Both the position numbers and the translations under genes were made by a program. A stretch of DNA of 64,000 bases from Raillietiella orientalis (lineage: Eukaryota): contig JAYWIR010000002.1 in the NCBI GenBank assembly GCA_036172245.1, positions 620,001-684,000 of the forward strand, written 5' to 3'. Below, piece after piece: positions 24,900 to 37,439 of this stretch. The notes beneath the pieces are model-generated. The model saw only the letters and a list, made by a program, of their open reading frames with translations. It made no database searches and was not told where the DNA came from. Position 1 is the stretch's first letter. Each line of letters starts with the position of its first letter.

Positions 24900-26250
24900 T
24901 GGACCGATTCTTAAACAAGGGATTCCCCTGCATCCCTACCTTTGACTCTTCCCCCTAGGTCCTCTTCCCCCAGGATCCTGTACTTCGTTTGCCACCGGAT
25001 TCTTGTCGCTGCTGACGTGGAGATGGCGCTCCATCCCTCGCCGGAGATGCGCCTCTCCCTGGAGACGTCGGTCGGTGGCCGCCGCGGACATTGCTGAGGT
25101 TCCACGTGCGGAGAGGAGATCGCACCTCAACCGCGCGCAACTCCGAAAGATCAAAATCTTCTCTCTTCCCCCTCCTGGCAGGACATCCGCATGACCAGTC
25201 GGTGCTGGATGGATCGAGGAACATCTCTAAGAAAGAGGGAGGTCGGGGTCTCGAGAACCTCCCGAGTGCTTTCAGCTTCTCGGCGGAAGACTTCTCGCGG
25301 AAGGAGCACGCTCTTGAACGGGCACCGGCCCGCGTCGGAGGCGTTGTGGTTAAGGCTTCCGCGTGTGGTATCATGCGTCGCGAGTTCGAATACTTCGGCA
25401 GAAACTGATTCCACTGCGTCGTTGGATTCCGAGTTTCTCCTGCAATTACGCTGGTTGGCCTAATCATTCGGGCGTGGCACCGGCGGTGGATAAAGCCGGA
25501 GGCCCCCGATGAAGGCCGGACCCTCGGGTCCTTCCAGGAATAAAGGAGTGGGAAATTCCCCCTCCTGTAGTGCAACAGAGAGCGGACCTCCCTCATCTGG
25601 GGACCCCTCCGGTTTCAAGATGAAGCAGAAGTCCTCACAGGCACCTCTCCAGCTGTTCAAAGGAGCGGAACCCCCTGTTGCGGGGGAGGGTCCTCCGAGT
25701 CACTGTCTCTCCAGAAGAGTGCAAGGAAGCAAGTGAGAGCGACTTCTCTGCGGGAACCTGCAGAGCCCCTTCTGAGTTTCGGAAGCGTCCCTTCAAGGAT
25801 CTCTTCAGAGGAGTGAACAGGAGCGGTTCCCTTGCGGGTTCCCTCCGGAGAAGAAATCCCTCCTACTAGCGGATCCTTTCCGGGTTCCCTTCGGAGAAGT
25901 TGAAATGGAGAGGATAGCCCCTCCTTATTAGGGTGAGGTGTCCCACCGGAGAGAATGAGAAAGGAGATTTCCTTCGGGTTCCCTTTCGGAGACAACCAGG
26001 GTGGGAGATGCGATCTTCCCATTCGGGGGGGATCCCTCCCCAAGCGAGAGGAACGGACTCCGAGCCCTTCCTGGATTCATAGGGCGCACTTCCATTCCGG
26101 AGTAATCCTCTATCCTGAAGAATCACACTGAACGGCCACCGAAGAAGTATCTCCCAATCGAGGTCGTCCAGAGTCCCCATGACGAAATCCAGGGTTCCTC
26201 GTAAAGGCACTCCCCCGACAGAGTCGGAAAAGACATCCATCCCTCCTACT
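24900..26250 (-). mobile_element. Decayed L1/Tx1-like RT region
   Basis: LDFVMGTLDDLDWEIL (LDFEKAFDxxxWxFL), LRKGTRRKSPFS (RGTRQGCPLS), later IRWQ...LGGRVKGRD (VxW...GGLGxRD). Confidence 0.6.
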
Positions 26251-29200
26251 CTTACTGCCCCTACCCCGACCCAATGCATGCATTTCCCAATATAAGTCTT
26301 CTTTCAGTTGCTAGGAAGACACCCACGATTGGCGTATACTTCGCGCAAGCAGCGAGACTGGGTTGCTGCTGCTAGACAACGACTTCAGGAAGTCCACGAA
26401 AGGGCTTTCCTGGGGAATGCGGGAGGAACCGTTCCTTGGCTCTTTATCTCCTTGCAATCATCCAAGTGGTTTGCTTTCCCCTGTTGACAAGTTGATCGTC
26501 GCTGCCTTACCGTAAGGGCTGGGCTGAGCAGTGGGGATCCTTTCGATGGGAGATGCAAGAGGGGGTGAAGGTGCTCTTCTTCCCGTCCCTATTCATCCCT
26601 TCCCTCCGTCTTTCTCGACTTTTCTAAAGTGATGGAGGAAGCTGGATGAAAGGAGCTCTGTGCTTCTGGGATCAAGCGACCCTCAAGCCGCCCATGCCAA
26701 CCTGCGCCTGCAGGTGAGGGTGTCGGCAACCGGACGCTCTATCTGACAGGTGAGAGCTGCATGGAGCGAAAGGGGAGGCGCTGCTCATCCCCTCATGGAT
26801 TCTGGACGCGAGGGTGGCTTGGAGCGCTTTGGGGATTCTGGAGCAGACCACGGGCCGACCCTGCACTCGAGAGATTCACCTGCGACCGCCCGCCTCCTGC
26901 CTCAGGAGGGGACGATGGGTTGGCTCTCCTTTCCTGAGGCACGCGCAAGTACGTCCTCCCGTCGCTCCGGATGCGCCTTTCGGTTGCGTTCCTGGAGGCA
27001 CAGTGCTCTGAGCTGTCTTCTTCCCCCCCCCCCCTCATTCTTCCCTGCCTGCTTCCCCTTCTTCCGGAAGGAGGAAGTGTCCCCTGCTATCCCGAATGGG
27101 GAACTCATTCACCTCACACGGGACTCGCCCTCCCACCCGGAATCTCCGCAGCGCCCTGAGGTGAGCGTTCGCAGAAAGATGCACTCAGCATCTCCGAACC
27201 ATCTCGAGGGAGAGAGAGAGGCAGAGGAAGAGGAAGGAGGGGAAAAGAGCAAACTGCAAGATATTTCCGGGTGGGAGGCGAGAGGGGAGTCCGGCGTTTG
27301 CAGGCGAGTCCCAAGGGTGAGATGCCTTTACCCAGGGCTGGACCGTCCGGAGCAAGAAGAAGAGGGGATTTTCCTTGTCGATACGTAGATCTCCCACCTC
27401 ACGAATCAGAAAACGCCTGTGCTAGAGGACAGAAAGAGAGGAATGTCTTTACTTAGGTGAGCAGCATCCTGCCCCCTCCAATGAATCCTGGCGCCATTAT
27501 CGTTCTGGAGAAACCGTCAGAGGACCAGCAGCATAGTATCAAAGGCAGGAAAAGGAGAAAAAAGGAAGAGGGGAGAGGGGAAGCCATACGAGGAGCGCAG
27601 GCCATTCGCCCTGACGGTACTGTATAAGCCGGGATCTAAACGGGAGGGCGCACCAAAGCGCAGGTGCCTCCTCCTACCACCCTTTTCCTCTTCCTGCTCG
27701 GCCCTCCTCCTCTCCCCCGGAGAAGTGCGGCGGAGAGCAAGGGGATGGGCACGAGCAAGTGGTGAGGAGGATCAGGCGTTGCCGGGGACATGGACCACCG
27801 AGTAGAGAAAAAAGGAGGGGCGGGAGGGAAACTTCCAGCGACCTCTTCTGGAAGAAACTTCGGGGCCGCGCTTCTCCCCCCCCCTCCTTCTCTCCTCCTG
27901 GTGAAAAGAGCGCGTCTTTTTATAGTTCCTCTTCCGTGGATCCTTTCTTGCTGCATTATTCCTCCCTCCTTCCTCTCCTGCCCCCGACGAACCTCCAGAG
28001 GAAGATGCCCTTCCCAGAAGCCCGTCCGGCGGCAGGAGGACAGATGAGGTAGTCCCTTGGGTGGCGCGGCTCAAAGGCCATGGGCCTTCCCTTACCCAAA
28101 ACTCCTCCTCCTCGCCTTCCTCTTGCCTTGAGACGGACTGGGGCAGCAGCGTCGTCGCCACCGGTAGCCAAGGGAGGAAGAAAGGGCTCAGCGGGCCTGA
28201 AACGAGAAGACTTTCCGCCTCCCCTCCATTTCGCTTAACCTTCCTCTCTGCTCCCGCGCCAGCGGGCCTCCATCGCTCTTGTGTCCGCAGGCAGACTTTT
28301 TTCTCTCTCTCTTCTCCCCACTCCCTTGCTCTCCGCCCCTCCCGAACTCTCCTCAAGGATCGATCGCTTTCTCGGTGCCATGGGCAGAGCTCCAGGAAGG
28401 GCGATTGGAGGACGGACGCTTCTCGGAAAGACTGCGGGAGTGAGGGAGCAAGCGCGACCCCCAGAGGGCTGAGGAAGCGCTGCGACCCACCCGTCAGGGA
28501 GGGCACCACTCGCATGCACTCCTGACTTCTCCGAGGTGCCCGTGAGGGAGCGGTAAAGGAGAGAGGGATACGCGGGACGGTGCCATCGTGGTCACCTCTT
28601 CCCCCGTCTCGCCCCCCTGGAGCACATGGAAAGAAGTGGGACGCCGGCCACGCCAAGGAAAGGGTAGTCTCCCTCCAGGGGAGGTTGCATGGGCTCAGAG
28701 GAGGTATCGAAGGCTTTTCCTGGGGACACGCCGGGCGAGATGACGCGAGACCATCCCTCGCCCACCCACCTACCTCCTTTGTTCCAGGAGCGGCAGCGCC
28801 CCCGCACGGCTCCATTGCCTCTCAGAGGGCTGTCTTTCCGATTTCTTCCCTCCAGGAAAGGTCGAAGGGACCTCATTCCCTCCTTCGGCCTGGCGCGAGG
28901 GAGAGAGTCCTCGGAGGACCCTATCCTGATTTCTGACATCTCGTGACTCTGCGGGAGGCCTCCTGGCGCGCCTCCGCGAGGAGGGCGGCGGCGAAGAGAC
29001 GCTCGCCCGCCCGCATTCCATGACGTGGCGCAAGCGCTCGAACGAAAGAGAGGAAGAGGAAGAAGAGGAGAGGAAGGGGGAGGGGGAAGAAGACAAAAGC
29101 AACAAAAAAAAAAGAAGAAAGAAAGAAACAATGACGATGGCGACGACGGCGTCCGCTCCGAACGCGCGTGCGCGCGTCACGCCGCCGGCGCAGAGGGACC

Positions 29201-29599
29201 GCTCGTCCCCTGCTGAAAGGAGCGTCACGACTCGGACGGGCGATCAAAGAAAGGACGGCAGGAACGGCGGCGGCGGCGGCGTTCCTTCGTAGGCCGAGGT
29301 CGTCGGAGCAGCCCGCCAGTCCTCCTCCCGCTCCACTCCTCCCTCTGGCCCGCGCGCCTGCGAGAGGATTTCGGTTTCCATGGCGGATAAGAGCCCGCCG
29401 CTGCATCAACTGCGGGGGGACCGGGCAGGTTCGCATCCGTAGCGAAACGCAAGAGCTCAGGCGGATGTCCTCCGCCACCGGCGACCTCGGCGGCGACGAT
29501 GAGGGTGACTCCACCTGCGGATAGCAACATCGCTCTGGGGCGCGAGCAAACGGGCCACGAAAGGCAGAGACTTAGGGAAAGGGCTCAAAGGTGACGAAC

Positions 29600-32260
29600 C
29601 AAGAAGTGTTGAGGAAAAGGAACGCAAGGAGAGAAGAAAAGAAGAGGAGGGGAGGAAAATAGGACGGCAAGGAGAGGAAGCTGAGGTAGAAGTAAGAGAT
29701 GGAGGCGAAGAAAACAAGCAGGAAGAGGACGACGAGGAAACAAGTAAACGGCAGCGTTCCCCGCTCCCGGAAAGAGCTCGAGAAGCATCCGGATGTTCTC
29801 ACAAGTTGGTGGCCTTTGGGCGGACCTGAGGACCCACGAATTCTTGAGGGAATGGAAGAAGGAAGAAGATTTATCGTCTTCGTCTTTCATTGTCCTGGTC
29901 AGTTCTGATCTGGAAATGCGCGCCAGAGGACTGGATATCCTCCCTCTGCCAACCTGCGGAGTGAGAAAGATGGTGCCATCAGATTCCCGCCTTCTGGCAC
30001 GCTCCTGTGGACAAGAATTCGCTGCCATGGGACCTTTCGGACCGACGAGGGCGGGATCCGAAGCCGTCAGAAAAGGAAAGAAAAGGAAGGACGGAGCGAG
30101 GCAACTCGCGTCCTTCCCCCGCCGTCTGGAGGCTTTTATCCTGGTTGTTGCACCAGCCGGTCTCACCACATGCGCGCTCTGGAGCTAAGACAAGATGGAA
30201 TTCGGGAAGGCAGAGAAGACACGCAGGGAGGCACTCACCGTTCCGAGATCCGGAGAACTGTAACTGCCGCACCCCGAAGAGGAACCGCCCCGCCTCCGGA
30301 AGTCTCTTTCTCTTCCGAAGAAGTCTTCAAGTGAAGGAGCAAATGATCCAGTGCGCTTCCGAGGAGTTGCAGAAGGCCAAGAGTCCCCCGATCAATGAGG
30401 CTCCAGAACCTTTGAGAGTCCTGGAGGAGGAACAGGTTTGTCTGTTCTCTCTTCAGAAGAGATGCTTCGCCTGTCTCCCGAGAGCGGGCTGAACCGATCT
30501 GGATGTTCGATCTTCCCCCTCCCGTGATGTTGCGAGGCGGCGGATGAGGGACCAATGGAGGGTGCGTCGGAACGTTCAACATCTTCTACCCCCTCCAGCT
30601 CTCCGTCCCCTCAACAGAAAGGTGCTGGCAGAGCTGCGTGCGTCCAACACGCGAACTTTCCGCTCGTGGAGACTCAACCGGGGAGAAACGCTATCCAGGC
30701 GGCCCTCACTGGAGACGGTGCAGCCGATCGTCCGTCGAACGAAGGCTCCTCGCCCCTCCCCCCTTCGTGACGCATCACGCCCTCCCACTGTCCTCAACAA
30801 AGTCTCCTTTCACTTTTAACTGGGAGTACAGCGGCTTCGTAGCCAAGAAACGGGTGGGACCAGTAAGGACGCTTGCCAGTAACGAGAACCTTCTCGGGAA
30901 AGTGCGGAGCCAGGGAGCATCGGAAATCTGCTCCAGGGCGAGATCGCGGACCTCCATCTCTCTTCTCGCCAATCCGGTCGCCCTCCCACTTGCTCAGGAG
31001 AGGAGCATCGTCCGTCTCCCGTGGAATTGCAGTAAATCCTACTCCCGTCTCCGTAGCCATCGCCTGAAGAACGCTGAACTAGTGAACTAGCAGAACTGAC
31101 ATCTTGAAGATTAATTGGAGATTCTCACTTTCATCCTTTCTGATACTTCTGTCGTTGCTCTTGTAGTCATTCTTGCTTGCTCTTCCTTCTTCTCATCTTT
31201 TCACGTTCTAGCTGTGACTGTTCTTCTTCTCGTTCTCCTGCTGCTTTTACAGGGCTCTCTGAATCTCCCGGAGACATGCTGGCAGAGAGACCAGTTCCCC
31301 AATTGGGAGGAGTTGTTGAGGGCGTGAGGGAGGCGGGAAGAGGAATTGTTCATGGGGCGCCCACGATTTGCCGCGGATGCCACTTTCGGTTTGCTCGGCA
31401 GGAGAACGCTCCCCTTTCTGCTGCCTGAATCGTCTCGGCTCCCCACCCTCCACTCCTCCGTGCAGCAGGACTGAACAGAATCCGAAGGCGCAGAGGCCGC
31501 GGTGGCGGCTGAGGGTGGAAGCCGCTGCAGGTGATGAAAGCGACCCACAGGTCGTCCACCGCCCATCGTCAAAGGCGGTCTCCATGCCGTCCGTCGCACT
31601 TGGATCTCCGCCTTTTACGTGCGCTCCGCGGAACAGAGGTGACTTCCATGTCTGGCCTCTCAGCGCCTTTCTCTTGAAGGAAGGCTCCCTCTTGTTCCTT
31701 ATTTCTTCCATCCGGGCGGCGGAAGGGGCCGCTTGTGACCGACAGGGGGTTCTACTTTTCCTTGCTTCCTCACCTGCAAGAAATAAGCGCGGCCGACCAC
31801 CAGCAGTGGCCGGCAGCACGAGAGGTCTTCCACGGTCCGGCGACGTCTGCACTTCGGAGGCAGACCCATCGGGATGGATCTAGGAAGTGGAGGGAGCTGT
31901 ACCTTCCTTCTCCTCCTCCTCGGGCTACTCGGCGGGTGTCCTTTCTTTCTGAGCCTTCTTAGCTGCGCGAGCTTAAGAGACGCGAGGGGATCTCTCCGCA
32001 AGAAGTCGAAACAAGTAGTTCCGTCGTCTAAGTGGAGGAAGGGGGGAGTAGGTGGGGTCGGTAAGCTCCTGAGGGAAATTTCCCCCCCCCCCACCCTCCA
32101 CCATCTTTCCCGAATCCAGCGCAACGGCGGGCAGAGGAATCCATGATTGTGCGCTGTGCCTTCGTCCGCAGGATGGACTCGCAAAGCGCTCGAGTCCTCG
32201 TCCTCTTCTGCAAAATTCTTGCACTGCCCTGGCAAGGGCATGGCACATCCGTGGGCTTTA
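29600..32260 (-). mobile_element. Decayed Tx1-like 5' part: ORF1 zinc knuckles, APE endonuclease, linker
   Basis: In order on the minus strand: CHALARAVQEFC and PSCGRRHSAQS (degenerate CCHC knuckles), SQLKVKG (SLNVxG), a degenerate IGGD(FN), and EDDKSSSFFHSLKN (GEKxTxFFH). Confidence 0.5.
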
Positions 32261-33014
32261 GACGAAGTGGGTGGCGGCAGAGATGCGCAGCCCCGAAATC
32301 GCTGCTGCCAGGCGGGGTCTCATCCCTTCCCGGAAGGGGCATGCGAAGCATCCCCCAACAGTCTCGCCCGGATGAAGGACCTTCCAGGAGCTTTGCGCGC
32401 TACGATGGATGAAGGAGAACCCGAAAAGTGAAGAGGGGGTAAGGGAAGAAGATGCCCGGGAATGCATCTCTCCACCTCTCTCTCTCGCTTTCCCGCGCGC
32501 TACTTCGAGGGACTCCATCGGAGTTTCAGAAGGAATGGTGCGTGATCGCCGGTGAGGCAAGAGGTCGACCTCTGACGGCTCTCTTGCAGGACTACGGTCC
32601 ACCTGGAGACGGCATCTTTGAAGAATCCGGGAGGCGTCACACAAGCAAGCACAGCTTTCGTCACGTGCCACCACATCGAGCGCCGCCGCCTCAGATGAGT
32701 CTCTTCACACACACTTCTCCCTCTCCTTTCTACCTCTTTCCCTCTCTCTCTCTCTCTCTCTCTCTGGGTGCTTCAGGACCACACTCAACGTTCGCCGCTT
32801 GACCTCGGGAACGCCGGTGTGGTCGGGATAGGGACTCGACTCCACGCTGGACATTCGAATGTCCACTTTTCTCCCCTTGCCCTCCCTTGGAGGGATGCGC
32901 AAGGCTCTCCCTCTGAGAGCGCAAAGGTCGCGGTCCAGCTGCGACCGTCTTCAGGAAAGAACCAGAAGGTTTTCACCCTGTCACGCCGGGACGTTTACTT
33001 TATAAAAAATAAAC

Positions 33015-34800
33015 CGGTCGGGAACACACTGGTTCCCAACCGAAAGCAACTTCAAGGGGAGGATGCTTCGGCATACAGGTCGGGATAGGAAAAAGTCCAG
33101 AAGAAGGAGCCGGGACCACAAAAAAAATAAGAAATCCGGTGAAATCGGACAGGGGTCTTTGGCTTCGCTCGGTGTGCATCGGGATCATAACAAAAAAAAA
33201 GCACACCGGGAAAGTTACGGAATGAATGTGAGTGGGGAATGAGAAAAAAATAAAGGAAGGCAGGAGACAAAGGGCACCGGTGTCCGCTGTTCCTAACATT
33301 TCTAAAACCAGCACTGGATTTCGGTAATCTTCTTCATTTGTTCTTTCAGGTGAGTCCACCTTGCGGCCGTCCGCATGTACGCGGCTGCCATTCCGATGAC
33401 CTCCCTTCACTGCGTGATCATCTCGAGCATATAGCGGGCCGTGATGATGGCACTGCGATAGTTGCGATCACCGCTCCCGTCGAAAGTCCTCCCGGAACGA
33501 AGAACTGTCGCAGCAGCACATCTTGGATGGTGTCCTGGTGCAGGAGCCTCCGCCACAGTTCCTGGAGGGCACCGCGGTCCAAAGGCAGGTGCGTCAGCAA
33601 CCCCACCGAGCTGCACCTGTTCAGGGATGCAACCCCTGCGAGAACGCGGTGCTGCCGCTCATTGCAGTGGAATCCCCAGTGGAGGAAGAGTAACACGGCG
33701 TGTTTTCAGGAGATGGGGAACACTGAAGTGTCTAAACAATGGAGAGGGACCACAAGTTCTTCAGGGTCAACACTTAAAATTTCACTTCATCATAGGAGTC
33801 CCGTCGCCAAAGCACGCGGAGTGGCAGCATCCACTAGCTCGCGCGTCTTTCAGCCGCCAAGGAGTCTCTTCTTTCCCGCGATGGTGCAGAAAAAATCCCA
33901 TCTCGCTGATAGGCTACTTCCGTTTCTTGCCCTCAGGACAGACAGCGCTGCGGCGAGGGTGTGGAGGCCAGGGTCTACCATTTTGCGCGACCTGCATCAC
34001 CACTTTCAGAGGTCGTAGCAACAGATGTCGCGGGGGTGAGGGGAGGAGCAAAGATCTTCTGGACACACTTCCTGGAATGCAGGACCGCAAGTTGCCCGGC
34101 CTCCGAGGGGCAGTACGGATCCTTCGCAGAAGCCCGACTCCCACCGAGCCTCCCACCTCTCTTTAATCCCCGATGCCGCGATCCACGGAGAAAATTCCAG
34201 CAGAGAACCTTTGCTAGAGTCTAAGAGACAGTATGGCATCAGCAGCTGCTTTCCTTGAGGCATCTTGTACTCGGACGCCGCATTTCTTACACGCCGGTCT
34301 TCGGCCAGTCTTCTCCCTCCAGCAGGTTCCTTCGTTTTTCGAGTAGGGAAAAGAAGGAAGGGTCAAGGGATTAGGGCAAGATTAGTGGCTGATTCCCGAA
34401 GGGATCCATCGATTCAGGAACGCCAGAGGATGAGAATGGAGCGCTCGGTACTTGGATCCTTGCTTGCCTCTCTTTAGCCCTTGAGGAACTTTCGAGGCAC
34501 GTGTCAGCAATCGGTCGCTGACAGATGCCAGTCAAAGAGATCCGCAGTTTAGAAAGTCTCGGGAAGGAGAATCTCTGGTTCCCAGCGGTCGCACTCCCAA
34601 AGCAAGAAATGATGCCCGTCGGGAAGGGAGCAGGGAAAAGGAATCTTTCCTTTCCGTGGTGCCGAGACACATGAAAAAAGGAGGTGGCAACGGCAAGCAG
34701 TACCAACTCACCACACGGGGGTTTCCAGGACGGATCCTGTGGGCGGTATAGGGAATCGCTCCCTCCTCCCGCTCCCATCTCCACTCACTCCCCTTCCACA
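33015..34800 (-). mobile_element. Decayed L1/Tx1-like 3' half with terminal stem-loop
   Basis: LHWGFHCNERQHRV...NRC...LTHL...QELWR (degenerate zf-RVT), T-rich UTR, hairpins at 33015-33042 and about 33168-33210. Confidence 0.55.
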
Positions 34801-34906
34801 AGGACCGCAGTAGGTAGATTGACCCTCGGACGGAGGCACATACCTCCAGGTGAGGTCCCTAGCCATCAGTCCCATTGTGCCTTAGGGTCTTGGATGCTCC
34901 CACTCA

Positions 34907-35203
34907 GGTGTCAATCAAAATTGCGAACGCCGAATTCCCGACCTTTTTTATATAAATATATATATTTATTTTTCATAATCAGCAGATTATTAATTTCATT
35001 AATAAAATGCATGGCACTGAATCTAAAATACATTTGTGGCAATAATTCTGCTGTTAATGATATGTTAATAATATGTGTTAATAAATATAAATAACTACGT
35101 ATATTGAAAAAAATTTGTATGTCAGTCAACGTAGAGTAAGCAGGTGTGTTTCTTTTTCACAATCTTCCGGGATTTTGATCGTTCGGGATTTTAAACCAGA
35201 CCC
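34907..35203. mobile_element. AT-rich MITE-like insertion, copy 1
   Basis: AT-rich core homologous to about 41135-41390. The right end carries TTCGGGATTTT-type repeats. The left end has a degenerate inverted version. Confidence 0.55.
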
Positions 35204-37439
35204 GTTCCGCGCGACGATCAGCGGCGCCTTCGACGACCACCCAAGCGACCAGCAGAGGCATCGGTGACCTCAAGTTGAACGATGGGTTAGGCTGCCGGAT
35301 TTCCACTTGCTGGTTTTCCAATGCTTCTCGATGCCTGCTCCTTGCACCCTCTGGATGCTGCTCTTTGACGCAGCAGCTCTTCCGTGGGAACACATTTCCG
35401 AAACGAGCGTCGTCAGGGACAGAAGAAGAACTCTTAGAGGGGCTCGGTGCGAGGAAGGAGGAGGAACAAGTGATCTCTGTTTGCTCCCTTCTCCTGTCTC
35501 TTTCCTTTTTGGGTCTCTTCTCAGAGGAGCGGGACGCTCATCAGTCAGGAAGACGGTAGCGGGGTTTCCGTAAAGGGACGGAACGGGCGCTTCACGGGAG
35601 ATGCTGACTGTGACGAAATCTCTACACTTGTTGTACAGCCCGGGACACAGATGACCGAGTCCCCCAGAGAGTTGCGACACCTCTGCAATGTTCGTGGGAA
35701 CAAGAGCTCTTCGAATCCACCCGGAAACCGTGACGACGTCTGCGAATGGGAAGTGACGGGATGCACCAGTAACGACAACAGCATTCCCATATGATTTAAA
35801 TGAAGCTCACGAAACCTCCTTATCTGTCTCTCTCTTCATCCTTCCTCCCACACACGTGCGCGCGCGCGCATCTGCTCCAGTGCACCATAAACCCATACGC
35901 CGATTAAAATGAGGAGCAGCACACACGCTGCGCACCTACGACATCTTCTTTGAAGAATCGTAAGACAAACGACAGGCGTTTGCCAAACACACTGAGATCC
36001 ACCTGACCACCACCACCACCCCCTCACTCTACAAAACACCAACCGCCTCCTGCCCTTCATCTCCGTACAGATCACTTACCTCATTTTTTTTTTAAAGCAG
36101 TAATCATACGTACCCCATAGTATCCCATAAGAAGTCATATGAGCCACAGAGCGCATTGCACCAATGTGTCCACACTTCCTATTACTCAACCACTGACTCA
36201 TCCACCCACACGAACCATACCCTGAACTCTCGGACGCCTGAAGGTAATGGTTTACTCCTTACCATTACTCCCGCAACCACAGGACCCAAATTCAAACACC
36301 TACTGTCCCCAGACTCTTAGCATCCCTGCTCAGGGTGCACTGATCCTGTACAACACTTCACTCAGCCCCTCATGTCGCTGGACACCATCCCAAGATCCTG
36401 CACCCGAAGGAAGTTGCATGATCTAACCTCAAAAGTGCCATCATCACTTCAAACACCCCCTCGTATCATCAGCAGCACAATTTAGAATTTCCCTCTAATT
36501 AAAACCTCTTCGACTTTCCAGACCCTTTCTCTTGAAAGGGTTCCTTCCTTTCATGCCCTTTGAACTCAAAGCTGTGGCTTGCGGATACCCGCTTCAGCAT
36601 CGGCATCCCAAACTTCCGTTGAATCAGAACTCTCCATGGGAATTACGTCGTCGTAGGTGACTTTACGCCGTCGTTACGCCTTTAGGTGACTTCTTCGGTA
36701 TTTCAAGATCACACTCTTCTATATGCATCTGATTCACATCTATAAAACTCGCGCACTCCACAACCGTCTGCAAAGGACGCTCCCTGACGACCGCAACTCC
36801 CTTGCACTTCTCCAGCAACCAGGGAACACGTCGTTCCGAAAAATCTCCTCGCCTCCTGAACTCGCCATGCAGTTTTCGCCGGTGGATTCATCACAGTCGG
36901 ACCCAATACCACATTAAATAGCTAATCATTACCCTCTTAATTACCTACCAAGCAAACTCTACCTCATTTCACTCTCGAGAAAATGTCTTTCAGGAACATT
37001 TCGAGTTTTGCCTGATTCCTTTCCCTCTTCCGTGTTGTAACGCGACACTTGCAGTTCTCAACTCGCCGCTAATCAAGGCATTGTTTTTCACATAATCAAT
37101 TACATTGCATATGAGTTATAACCTGAAAATCAACCTTAACTTGGTAATTAAAGCCCTATGATGCCATCTCTACGCCCGTAGGTGTTATTGCCGCGCATTT
37201 ACTTAAGAAAGAAACAAACCCCTGTTCGTTCGTCCAATCACTGAGGATTAAAGAAATGTCGATCGTTCAGCACATCACCACCAAGTACGGTTTCATTCCG
37301 TCGTTGTACACACTGCAGCAGTTCCGTTTAACTCATGATCACCCGAGGACCAGACATTCTTCTCCATTCCGTTTTACCGCAACACAAAGAAAAACACCTG
37401 CATTCAGCGCCTCAACTCCGTTTAGAAGCATCCCTTTTC

